DNA of 46,869 nucleotides from a virus (lineage: Duplodnaviria; Caudoviricetes), in IMG/VR virus record IMGVR_UViG_3300044699_000025, positions 1 to 46,869 of that record. One strand, given 5' to 3'. The position numbers and the translations under genes are program-made. Numbering within the stretch: the first letter of the stretch is position 1; the number at the start of each line of letters is the position of its first letter. Of the stretch, positions 1 through 7,334 are shown piece after piece. The notes under the pieces were generated by a model. It was not told the origin of the DNA. It did no database searches and was given only the letters and a program-made list of their open reading frames with translations.

Positions 1-8
1 CCTGGGCA

Positions 9-54
9 TAGAGTACTTTATGATACACATGGGTCTACCCCATAAAGTACTCTA
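9..54. repeat. Perfect 14-bp inverted repeat
   Basis: TAGAGTACTTTATG (9-22) and CATAAAGTACTCTA (41-54). Confidence 0.9.
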
Positions 55-179
55 CGCTGTAAAGAACACTGCGAAAAAAAGTACTGTGCGCGGTAAAGAA
101 GTTTACATTGTAAAGTACTCTACAATGTAAAGTCCTATGATATGCAAAGAGCTTTAGCAAAGTACTCTACATCACAAAG
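43..179. repeat. Degenerate tandem array with 17-bp period (NAAAG core)
   Basis: Units start at 43, 60, 77, 94, 111, 128, 145, 158 and 175; AAAGTACT occurs in four units. Confidence 0.85.
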
Positions 180-190
180 CGCGAGGGCAG

Positions 191-219
191 AGAAAAGGCC
201 CGGCATGGCGGCCGAGCCT
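191..219 (-). terminator. Rho-independent terminator of the leftward mini-operon
   Basis: Minus strand AGGCTCGGC-cgccat-GCCGGGCCT followed by TTTCT, just after the stop at 229. Confidence 0.65.
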
Positions 220-228
220 GTAATGAGA

Positions 229-297
229 TTACTTGTCGCGGTGGTATGCGTCGAAGAGAATCACGACGATGGCGAGTAGCACAGTCCAACAGTTCAC
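229..297 (-). CDS. 22-aa hydrophobic micro-peptide (MNCWTVLLAIVVILFDAYHRDK)
   Basis: GTG start overlaps the upstream stop (GTGA) and a terminator follows; too short for the ORF track. Confidence 0.4.
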   Translation of the reverse strand: MNCWTVLLAIVVILFDAYHRDK

Positions 298-479
298 TTC
301 GCTGCCCTCATTGGTTGACGTAGCACGTTCATGCGCGCATCAATGAGAATCACAATCGCCTGTTCACGGCATACACCGGCTTTCGTGATTGTGAACATGG
401 CACGACGGAACTTTTTGAACTCCGTCACAGTGAGAGTAGAGAGCATCATCGCGTCTGCGTATCCGATAGTTCTTTCCAT
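294..479 (-). CDS. Hypothetical protein, 61 aa (second copy at 45547..45732)
   Basis: GAGG RBS upstream; co-oriented with neighbours. Confidence 0.6.
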   Translation of the reverse strand: MERTIGYADAMMLSTLTVTEFKKFRRAMFTITKAGVCREQAIVILIDARMNVLRQPMRAAK

Positions 480-550
480 TGTCAGTACCTCAGTATGTTG
501 TGAAAGGATGGCGAGGTATCGTGGTGACTACCTCGCCATTGTGTGAGAAA

Positions 551-913
551 CTACTCGGCCCACTCCAGGCCGAGCGTAGAAGCTGCCAACGCGCGTGCGG
601 CATCTTCGGTGTACTTCTTGGAACTCATCAGCACCTTGAAGAACTCGCGGAGACGAAGTTGATCGTCGTTCTCCAACGTCGGGCGCACGATACCGGCAGC
701 ATCAAGCGCTGCCTGTAGTGCCTTCTGCCGAGCATTGGACTGATGCTCGTTGTTCCGGACCTTAATGACTTCCTCGTCAGAAAGATTGTCGTTCGCGGCA
801 TCCACTTCCGCCTTGCTGGTGTAGATGTCCCACTGATACGAGTAATCAATGGGAGTGGCAAGCGGTTTCCCGTATGCCGTGTTCGCGGTTGACGTTGCGG
901 TCTTGCGTTCCAT
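551..913 (-). CDS. Hypothetical protein, 120 aa, MERKTAT... (second copy at 45804..46166)
   Basis: GGAG RBS before the ATG at 913 favours this start over 1033. Confidence 0.75.
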   Translation of the reverse strand: MERKTATSTANTAYGKPLATPIDYSYQWDIYTSKAEVDAANDNLSDEEVIKVRNNEHQSNARQKALQAALDAAGIVRPTLENDDQLRLREFFKVLMSSKKYTEDAARALAASTLGLEWAE

Positions 914-1061
914 ATCGTTTCTACTCCATGTAACCGGAACATGATTGTTCCGGGTCTTTTTGGCGGAGTCGCATTTCGCGCCTTCCGCCGAGCTTTGCTC
1001 TATCCTTTCGGGCCGTATCCGCCGCAGCGGCATCAGGCGTTAGTCAGAATCGAGCAAGACC

Positions 1062-1090
1062 ATTAGACCATAGGCAAGACCGGACTACAA
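1062..1090 (-). promoter_or_regulatory. Putative sigma70-type promoter for the leftward mini-operon
   Basis: TTGTAG-17 bp-TCTAAT with a TG extension on the minus strand. Confidence 0.45.
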
Positions 1091-1202
1091 CAAAAATCGA
1101 CAGGTTCCCGAAACTTTTTTTCGGTCCTGCCTGTCCTGCCTGTCGTCCCTACCTGGTGAACCGTCCTGTTTTGAGTACATGTGCCCGACGGGTGAGTAGC
1201 CA

Positions 1203-1433
1203 TTACATGTAACCACCATGATGGCCCCCATCATCCAGGAGTAGCTCTGTGCGCATTATTCAAAATGATTACATAAAACCTGACAAAACCAACCTACATG
1301 TAATTGCTGTGCGCCCATCATGTACTTGAATTATTATGTTGAATTATTTGAGTCGAATTGATTGATAGGATTACATGTAATCTCATCATGTAATCTATAC
1401 ATGTAATGATTACATGTAATTTATACATGTATC
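1203..1433. repeat. Cluster of TTACATGTAA-type palindromes in an AT-rich non-coding region (operator or origin candidate)
   Basis: Full 10-mer at 1203, 1371 and 1410; partial copies at 1295, 1387, 1400 and 1424; 14-bp GATTACATGTAATC at 1369-1382. Confidence 0.85.
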
Positions 1434-1627
1434 TGTGCATGATGAAATTATATATAATAGGGGGGAGAGGGGGAGGGATAGACAGAGAGAGTCTATGGGG
1501 TATTGGGTGTCCCCTATATAGGACGCCTCCCCGCTGCTTACATAATATTATTACTTATCATCCTCCTCTTTTTTTTTTTTTGACTTTTTTAGAGGTAAGG
1601 AAACCAAGTAACCGGGGGAGACGACCC

Positions 1628-1657
1628 TTGACGGGACGGCTCGGGGTGTGGTATGCT
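1628..1657 (+). promoter_or_regulatory. Putative sigma70 early promoter
   Basis: TTGACG-18 bp-TATGCT with extended -10 TG, upstream of the first rightward gene. Confidence 0.6.
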
Positions 1658-1745
1658 CTCTCTCTCACTCTATCCCACTCTCTCCCCCTAGATGTAATCT
1701 CGGCGAGGATAGAAATTACACGTAACGAAAAGAGGTCATACGCAC

Positions 1746-2189
1746 ATGTCAAAGAGAACGGGCTCATTGAATCATACACACAAATACTACAAGAGATTCG
1801 ACGGAATGTGGGCGTGTGCAGGCATCGACGGATGTACACACTATATGCCGAAGAACATGGCACCTGCTCCAGCGGGATTACATACAATCTGTTGGGGAAA
1901 TTGCGGTAAGACATTTGTACTTACTCCATATTCGATGGAGAATGAAAAGCCGATGTGTGATGACTGTCAAGAGGGATTAGACAGAATCAATGAGATTACT
2001 GAACAGATGTTAAATAAAGCTCAGAAACCTACAGGACTAGCGGCATTTGGTGCGCGTATCATTCCACCTCACTCTCCAGTTCGTACAAAGAAATTAGAAC
2101 AGGAAAAAGATGAAATCGAATCAGAAGTAGTACATTCGCCGGATTGTGATGTATACGCGGGCCGGGATTGCACGTGTGGTGCTCTATGA
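1746..2189 (+). CDS. Cys/His-rich putative zinc-binding protein
   Basis: GAGG RBS; CAGIDGC, CWGNC, CDDC and HSPDC..CTC motifs. Confidence 0.75.
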   Translation: MSKRTGSLNHTHKYYKRFDGMWACAGIDGCTHYMPKNMAPAPAGLHTICWGNCGKTFVLTPYSMENEKPMCDDCQEGLDRINEITEQMLNKAQKPTGLAAFGARIIPPHSPVRTKKLEQEKDEIESEVVHSPDCDVYAGRDCTCGAL

Positions 2190-2656
2190 CTAATCCCATC
2201 ATAACTGATTCAATCATGAATAAAATGATACGGAAAGAGACTGATGTAGCGTGGTGTGCCGGATTCTTTGATGGTGAAGGTCATGTAAGTTATCATCGAA
2301 GCTATCCTAGTATTACAGGAAATGTATCGGCACAGTTATATGCAAATGTACCCCAAGCTTCAGACAACATAGAAGTATTGGAGTTTTTTCAGTCGGTCAT
2401 TGGATTTGGTAAAATTAAAGGACCGTATAAAACTACTCATAAAGATAAACATGTAATTCATTATGGAGTAACTGAAGTCGAACCACTATTCAAAATACTC
2501 AAACCGTATCTAAGAAAAGAGAAGACTCTAGACTTTCAGGTCGCACTCATGGCATATCAGGCACATGATTCGACGGCATCAATTGAGGACTACGCAAGAC
2601 TAATCAAGAAGGAACAGAAAAAACAAATACGGAAGGCATGGCGAGTTGCTAAATAG
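2186..2656 (+). CDS. Single-motif LAGLIDADG homing-endonuclease-like protein
   Basis: VAWCAGFFDGEGH motif with downstream Q...GFGKI pattern; ATGA overlap with the previous stop gives start 2186. Confidence 0.8.
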   Translation: MTNPIITDSIMNKMIRKETDVAWCAGFFDGEGHVSYHRSYPSITGNVSAQLYANVPQASDNIEVLEFFQSVIGFGKIKGPYKTTHKDKHVIHYGVTEVEPLFKILKPYLRKEKTLDFQVALMAYQAHDSTASIEDYARLIKKEQKKQIRKAWRVAK

Positions 2657-2714
2657 ATTACATGTAATGAGGCGGCGGTGTCCTGAAAAGAGAGCAGTCC
2701 CTCGGCCCGGTCGG

Positions 2715-2768
2715 CTAAGTCCTTTCGTTTCAACGACTTAGCAGGGGCTTGACAGGTGTGATATACTC
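2715..2768 (+). promoter_or_regulatory. 27-bp dyad motif followed by an extended -10 promoter-like element
   Basis: CTAAGTCCTT-N6-CAA-N2-ACTTAG (2715-2741), TTGACA (2749-2754) and GGTGTGATATACTC, which resembles GGTGTGGTATGCTC at the 1628 promoter. The -35/-10 spacing is non-canonical. Confidence 0.45.
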
Positions 2769-2847
2769 GTTGTGGCCCATCAGAGCCGCCGATTACATGT
2801 TCCAATTACATGTAACGGCTTTACCCGAATCCGAAAGGACGGTCCAC

Positions 2848-3024
2848 ATGAAACGGTTCTACTGTACAGTCTGTAAGAAAATCAAGCGGGTCCAGAAGTG
2901 GCCTCTCGTAATCTCTCATGTCAATGATGAGATGCCTATCAATCGTGTAGGCGCATGTAATCGGCATATGCGCACTCACTCCACTCAGTCAACACAATAC
3001 ACCTCATCACACCGAGGTAACTAG
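2848..3024 (+). CDS. Small CxxC protein, 58 aa (MKRFYCTVCKK...)
   Basis: AAGGA RBS before ATG 2848. Confidence 0.6.
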   Translation: MKRFYCTVCKKIKRVQKWPLVISHVNDEMPINRVGACNRHMRTHSTQSTQYTSSHRGN

Positions 3025-3026
3025 TC

Positions 3027-3680
3027 ATGATGATGAAGGAAATGATTGGCGATTGTGATTGCTGCCCTGATTCAATCGGAGTCAGGCTCACGCAGGTCCA
3101 TGATATGTGGATGTGTGATTCTTGCCTTACAAGGAATGAGACGGCAGCAAAAATCTTGAATGACTCGCATGTAATCGATTCACAGATTGAACTGAAGGCG
3201 GACATATTCAATGCCGCTACAGTGTCATTCATTGAATTACAGGCGGCGATTTCAAATAATTCCACTATCGCAGACGATCGTAAGAATTACGAACTCGTCA
3301 AGGAAGCGGAATTACGTCTGAAGGCTATGGATGCCGTCATATTTGCTGACGAGACGGCACTCATGGAGAAAAAACAGGCACGGCACGCATGGCTCGTGAA
3401 CGCACAGATTCAAGCTGGGAAACTACACGAGAGTCAGCGTGCGCACTTCAAGTCTCTCAACATCTCGTATCAACCTGCTACGCCGAAGTCGAAAAAACCC
3501 GCGAAAGACAAGACACCAAAAACAGGTAAGTCATTCGATAAGCAGGCCATCATGGACGCATCGAAAAAGTATGGTGTGCCTATGGCTGGTGTGCAATCTC
3601 TCATCGTGTCGAAACATGGCATGTCACCTGATGCGGCGGCACGGCAGCTCGCGGTACTCATGGGCTTAATCGAAGCCTAA
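3027..3680 (+). CDS. Hypothetical protein with N-terminal zinc finger and coiled coil
   Basis: GAGG RBS; CDCC...CDSC; Lys-rich linker. Confidence 0.8.
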   Translation: MMMKEMIGDCDCCPDSIGVRLTQVHDMWMCDSCLTRNETAAKILNDSHVIDSQIELKADIFNAATVSFIELQAAISNNSTIADDRKNYELVKEAELRLKAMDAVIFADETALMEKKQARHAWLVNAQIQAGKLHESQRAHFKSLNISYQPATPKSKKPAKDKTPKTGKSFDKQAIMDASKKYGVPMAGVQSLIVSKHGMSPDAAARQLAVLMGLIEA

Positions 3681-3730
3681 TTCTGTAACTGATTTACACT
3701 GACAACACGTATCCGAAAGGACGTAAAATC

Positions 3731-3976
3731 ATGGCACAAGTAGTTCCAATAGACCAAGTAATTCCGCTGTCCGATAGCTCGTCACCATACGCAGTCATTA
3801 AGATGATGCGTACTCTGGTCAAACAGGGACAGATTGAACCATTACAGGTTCATCCGTATGGTGGCAAATACATCGTATTCCAAGATGACCCGTGGGCAAA
3901 TGAAATCATCTATGCCGCGCGTCAATTAGGATGGCCGTCACTAATCATCGTAGTCATGAAGCGGTACGAGAACTAA
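3731..3976 (+). CDS. Small protein resembling a degenerate ParB/Srx N-terminal domain
   Basis: VPIDQV...GQIEPLQV...YIV...AARQLGW..IIVV pattern; the GxxR motif is absent. Confidence 0.5.
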   Translation: MAQVVPIDQVIPLSDSSSPYAVIKMMRTLVKQGQIEPLQVHPYGGKYIVFQDDPWANEIIYAARQLGWPSLIIVVMKRYEN

Positions 3977-3978
3977 TC

Positions 3979-6066
3979 ATGACACGGCAACAAGCGTCAC
4001 AACTACTACGGGATACACTCAATCAGTATGGTCTGACTGATTGGTCTGTACGTTTGAATCAGAATGCAGAGTCTCGTTTTCTAGGACTCTGCTCATACAA
4101 GGACAAGTGTATTATCTTGTCTGCCCATCACGTAGACATACATCCTGACCCGGATGTGACCAACACCATCCGTCATGAAGTAGCCCATGCACTCTGTCCG
4201 CATCATGGGCATGATGAGGTGTGGGCTGCTAAAGCACGCGAGGTAGGATGTGACAATACTCTGCCATGTTCTAACCTGTCGCTCAGTCCTGAAATAATTG
4301 ATGCGATACGGTCGGGTGCGACGGTAGAGGTTACATTCGACACGCAGGTCATACGCACACCGAAATACAACGTCACACGGCTTCAAGATAAGTGTGATGT
4401 ATGTGGTAAGGTGGCAAAAGCTAAATCAGAGAAGACCGTCATCATGCCGGGCGATAAGCCTGACGTGAAGTTCATTACACTTGAATGCGGACACATGATG
4501 TTCCGCAACATACCGAAAGGTACTCCATTCCATTCATTCCAGATGGGTGGTGACCCATCATGTGAACACAAGTGGGATAAGAACAATTGTGTTCTCTGCA
4601 ACCGTAAGAGGCCGTATGATTTTCAGCTTGAAGGTATGAAGTTCCTTGAAGCTGGTCTGGCGGTAAATAAAGGCGCGGCATGTTTCGATGAGATGGGATT
4701 AGGTAAGACCATACAGGCGGGCGGAGTCGTATACTTCAATCCGCAGTATTGGCCGACGTTGTGGATTGTCAAGTCTGGATTGAAATACCAGACATCATCA
4801 TTCATTCTGCATTGGATGGGTGATGAGCATGTTCCACAGGTAATCAATTCCAGTAAAGACTGGCTCGTGCCGGGCCTGAAGCATTACATCATCGGCTACG
4901 ATATGTTGGTGCCGAAGACACGCACCATGAAATCTGGTAAGGTGGTGAACTCAGGTTTTGATATAGAGCAGTTCAATCGAATCGGCATCAAATGTGTGAT
5001 ACTCGATGAGTGTCAGCAAATCAAGAATGTTGATTCGACACGCACGCAGATGGTTCGGCGCGTGGTGAAAGACCGTAAAGTCATTCCACTCAGCGGCACA
5101 CCTTGGAACAACAGGGGAAGTGAACTATTTCCTGTCATGAACATGATGGACCCCATCAAGTTCCACAGTAACGAGAAGTTCATCCGTGATTGGGTTGACA
5201 CGTATTGGGTCGGCAACATAATCAAACAGGGTGGCATCAAGCGGATACAACAGTTCAAGGAATTCACGAAAGATATCTGTATCCGTCGCGAGCGTATAGA
5301 AGTGTTACCAGAACTACCACTCACGAATCGAACGAAGCTGAATGTCGTAATGGATGATACGCAAGAAGCCATATACGACGAGGCTGTAGATGCTTTTGTG
5401 AGATGGTATGAAGAGGAAGCTAAAAACATGGGTGCGATGGCAATTATCGCAGCTATGGCAAAGATGCGTCATCTTGTAGCACTCGCAAAAGTTCCTGCTA
5501 CGTTGGAATACGTAGATGAGTTTATCGAAGACACCGATAGGAAACTAGTCGTGTTCGCTCATCACAAGGACGTGCAGGAAATCCTCTTCATGGAATTGAA
5601 GGAAAAGTATGGGCATGAGATGCCAGTCCTTCAGATAATCGCGGACATGAATGGCGCGGAACGGTTCGAGATACAGAATCAATTCAATGATGCCAAACGT
5701 GCTATCCTCGTAGGTAGTCAGTTGGCTTCAGGTGAAGGATTGAATCTCCAAACGTGTTCCGACTGTGTAATGCACGAGAGACAGTGGAATCCTGGTAAAG
5801 AGGAACAGTGTGAGGGACGATTTGTGCGTATCGGTCAGATGGCTACAAGTATCAATGCCGTATACGCGCACATGGAAGGTCTGACGGCTATCGACCAACA
5901 GTTAGACGCCATCGTGGAACGGAAGCGTATTCAATTCCATAATGCGCATAACAAGACTGAAGCACAGAAATGGAATGAAGAGAGCATCATGAAGGAACTC
6001 GCAGAGGTCATAGTGAATGCTCATAACTCGAAACGTAACCGCAAGGTTGCTTCTAAGGCTGTATAA
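3979..6066 (+). CDS. SprT-like zinc metalloprotease fused through zinc ribbons to a SNF2/HARP-like helicase
   Basis: LGLC...HEVAHAL..HGHDEVW in the N-terminus; then DEMGLGKT, DECQ, LSGTP, GEGLNLQ and WNPGKEEQCEGRFVRIGQ. Confidence 0.9.
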   Translation: MTRQQASQLLRDTLNQYGLTDWSVRLNQNAESRFLGLCSYKDKCIILSAHHVDIHPDPDVTNTIRHEVAHALCPHHGHDEVWAAKAREVGCDNTLPCSNLSLSPEIIDAIRSGATVEVTFDTQVIRTPKYNVTRLQDKCDVCGKVAKAKSEKTVIMPGDKPDVKFITLECGHMMFRNIPKGTPFHSFQMGGDPSCEHKWDKNNCVLCNRKRPYDFQLEGMKFLEAGLAVNKGAACFDEMGLGKTIQAGGVVYFNPQYWPTLWIVKSGLKYQTSSFILHWMGDEHVPQVINSSKDWLVPGLKHYIIGYDMLVPKTRTMKSGKVVNSGFDIEQFNRIGIKCVILDECQQIKNVDSTRTQMVRRVVKDRKVIPLSGTPWNNRGSELFPVMNMMDPIKFHSNEKFIRDWVDTYWVGNIIKQGGIKRIQQFKEFTKDICIRRERIEVLPELPLTNRTKLNVVMDDTQEAIYDEAVDAFVRWYEEEAKNMGAMAIIAAMAKMRHLVALAKVPATLEYVDEFIEDTDRKLVVFAHHKDVQEILFMELKEKYGHEMPVLQIIADMNGAERFEIQNQFNDAKRAILVGSQLASGEGLNLQTCSDCVMHERQWNPGKEEQCEGRFVRIGQMATSINAVYAHMEGLTAIDQQLDAIVERKRIQFHNAHNKTEAQKWNEESIMKELAEVIVNAHNSKRNRKVASKAV

Positions 6067-6068
6067 GG

Positions 6069-6446
6069 ATGAACAAACTAATCATCATACGTGGTCTGCC
6101 GGGTAGTGGTAAGACTACACTCGCACAAACCATCTCATTGGTTCATTACGAAGCTGACCAATTTTTCATGCAAGCAAATGGCGTGTATGAATATGACAAA
6201 GAGAAGATAAAGGATGCGCATGAATGGTGTCAGAAGAAGACGGAATACGCCATGCGTCATCTTGTAAGTCCTATCGTTGTGTCGAATACGTTCGTTAAAC
6301 GATGGGAAATGCAACCATATTTAGACTTGGCTACAAGCTATGGATATGAAGTATTCGAAATCACTATGTCTGGCCCATTGTATCCTAACGTACATGGTGT
6401 GCCGGATGAAGTAATCGAACGAATGCGAACTAACTGGGAAAAATAA
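6069..6446 (+). CDS. P-loop kinase (AAA_33 / polynucleotide-kinase-like)
   Basis: IRGLPGSGKTT Walker A; EADQFF, VSNTF and NVHGVP motifs. Confidence 0.85.
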   Translation: MNKLIIIRGLPGSGKTTLAQTISLVHYEADQFFMQANGVYEYDKEKIKDAHEWCQKKTEYAMRHLVSPIVVSNTFVKRWEMQPYLDLATSYGYEVFEITMSGPLYPNVHGVPDEVIERMRTNWEK

Positions 6447-6466
6447 CTACAAGGAGAGAACTGAAC

Positions 6467-6676
6467 GTGAATAAGAAACCGTCACTAGTACAGATTGCCA
6501 AAAGATTGCGAACTCGTAAGCCTGGTAAGAAATACAGCAAGGAAGAGAAGGAGTTAGTCATAGCGTGGCTCAATGGTGAGATTACGCTGACTCAAGTGAA
6601 ACTGGCGAAGAGACTAAGCAGTGTCACTCAGGCATATGTATTCGTATCACTTGTATCTCGGGCCATTTGGAGATAG
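6467..6676 (+). CDS. Small basic hypothetical protein
   Basis: AGGAG RBS, GTG start. Confidence 0.65.
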   Translation: MNKKPSLVQIAKRLRTRKPGKKYSKEEKELVIAWLNGEITLTQVKLAKRLSSVTQAYVFVSLVSRAIWR

Positions 6677-6757
6677 ACATGGCAAAACTAGGAGTCATAC
6701 TCTGCATCGTGTGGGTCGTGTGCATTCTGAACATGATTCAAGGCAAGGAGAATTAAA

Positions 6758-7033
6758 ATGTTGGCATTGAATCGTGTAAATCCGCGGAATGGGCAGCCAT
6801 ACACACTTGTCGAAGTGTTTAGTGACACACCGCAGACTGAAGTGCGTACAGGTGGAAAGAAGATGATTATGAATCATTCAATCCATCTGTTCAATCAGGG
6901 ATGGTATCATTGGATGAATGGTGAACTTGTTCAACGCGCGTTTCCATTCCTTTCCAATGCTGAGCGCGAGTTTCTAATTACAGGACTGACACCAGAAGAA
7001 TGGGATGAACTGATGCGTGAGGAAGAACGATGA
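6758..7033 (+). CDS. Conserved-type phage hypothetical protein
   Basis: AAGGAG RBS; AFPFLSNAEREFLITG.TPEEWD motif typical of small phage proteins. Confidence 0.75.
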   Translation: MLALNRVNPRNGQPYTLVEVFSDTPQTEVRTGGKKMIMNHSIHLFNQGWYHWMNGELVQRAFPFLSNAEREFLITGLTPEEWDELMREEER

Positions 7034-7248
7034 CTACTGATATAGGACTCGCACTCGTGATTCGTTCTGTCACTGAAACTAGTCTCAATAACGACAAGGC
7101 ATTACTTCAGTTGTGCGAGACACTAGTACAGCGAGTAACAGAGATGAGCGAGAGGATTGTAGGTCTTGAATCTCATGTCAATGACCTGATTGACAAGAAT
7201 CATGAACTGGCTACTAGGCTGCAAGAACACATTGAAACGGGAGAGTAA
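7030..7248 (+). CDS. Coiled-coil hypothetical protein
   Basis: ATGA coupling; heptad pattern. Confidence 0.7.
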   Translation: MTTDIGLALVIRSVTETSLNNDKALLQLCETLVQRVTEMSERIVGLESHVNDLIDKNHELATRLQEHIETGE

Positions 7249-7334
7249 TGAATACAATCGGTGTAATCTTTTGTCTTGCAATCGCTGTATTCGTACTATC
7301 TCAACTATCGGACAATAAGAAGGAGGATGAATAA
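7248..7334 (+). CDS. 28-aa single-TM micro-peptide (MNTIGVIFCLAIAVFVLSQLSDNKKEDE)
   Basis: TAATG-coupled to genes on both sides; GGAG RBS. Confidence 0.55.
   Translation: MNTIGVIFCLAIAVFVLSQLSDNKKEDE

Larger units (their letters stand above)
1..1617. repeat. Long direct repeat, left copy (terminal repeat or circular-assembly overlap)
   Basis: Sequence and ORFs recur at offset 45253 (e.g. ORF 294..479 = 45547..45732). The differences I saw are at the edges and in homopolymers (G3 vs G4 at the start, T13 vs T12 at ~1569-1581). Confidence 0.97.

Noticed and set aside
43-179. Mini CRISPR array
   Set aside because: The period is only 17 bp with a ~5-bp core; there is no repeat-spacer structure and no cas operon
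1000-1040. Hammerhead ribozyme or c-di-GMP riboswitch in the leftward leader (CTGATG...GAAA, GCAAAGC)
   Set aside because: The core reads CUGAUGC rather than CUGAUGA, and the required stems do not form
1248-1344. dif-like half sites (TGTGCGCATTA, XerC-arm-like; TTATGTTGAAT, XerD-arm-like)
   Set aside because: The two arms are ~75 bp apart rather than 6 bp, and neither has a matching partner arm
1406-1914. ORFs 1406..1909 (+) and 1558..1914 (-)
   Set aside because: They run through palindromic repeats, G-runs, poly-T and a promoter, and overlap the better-supported gene at 1746
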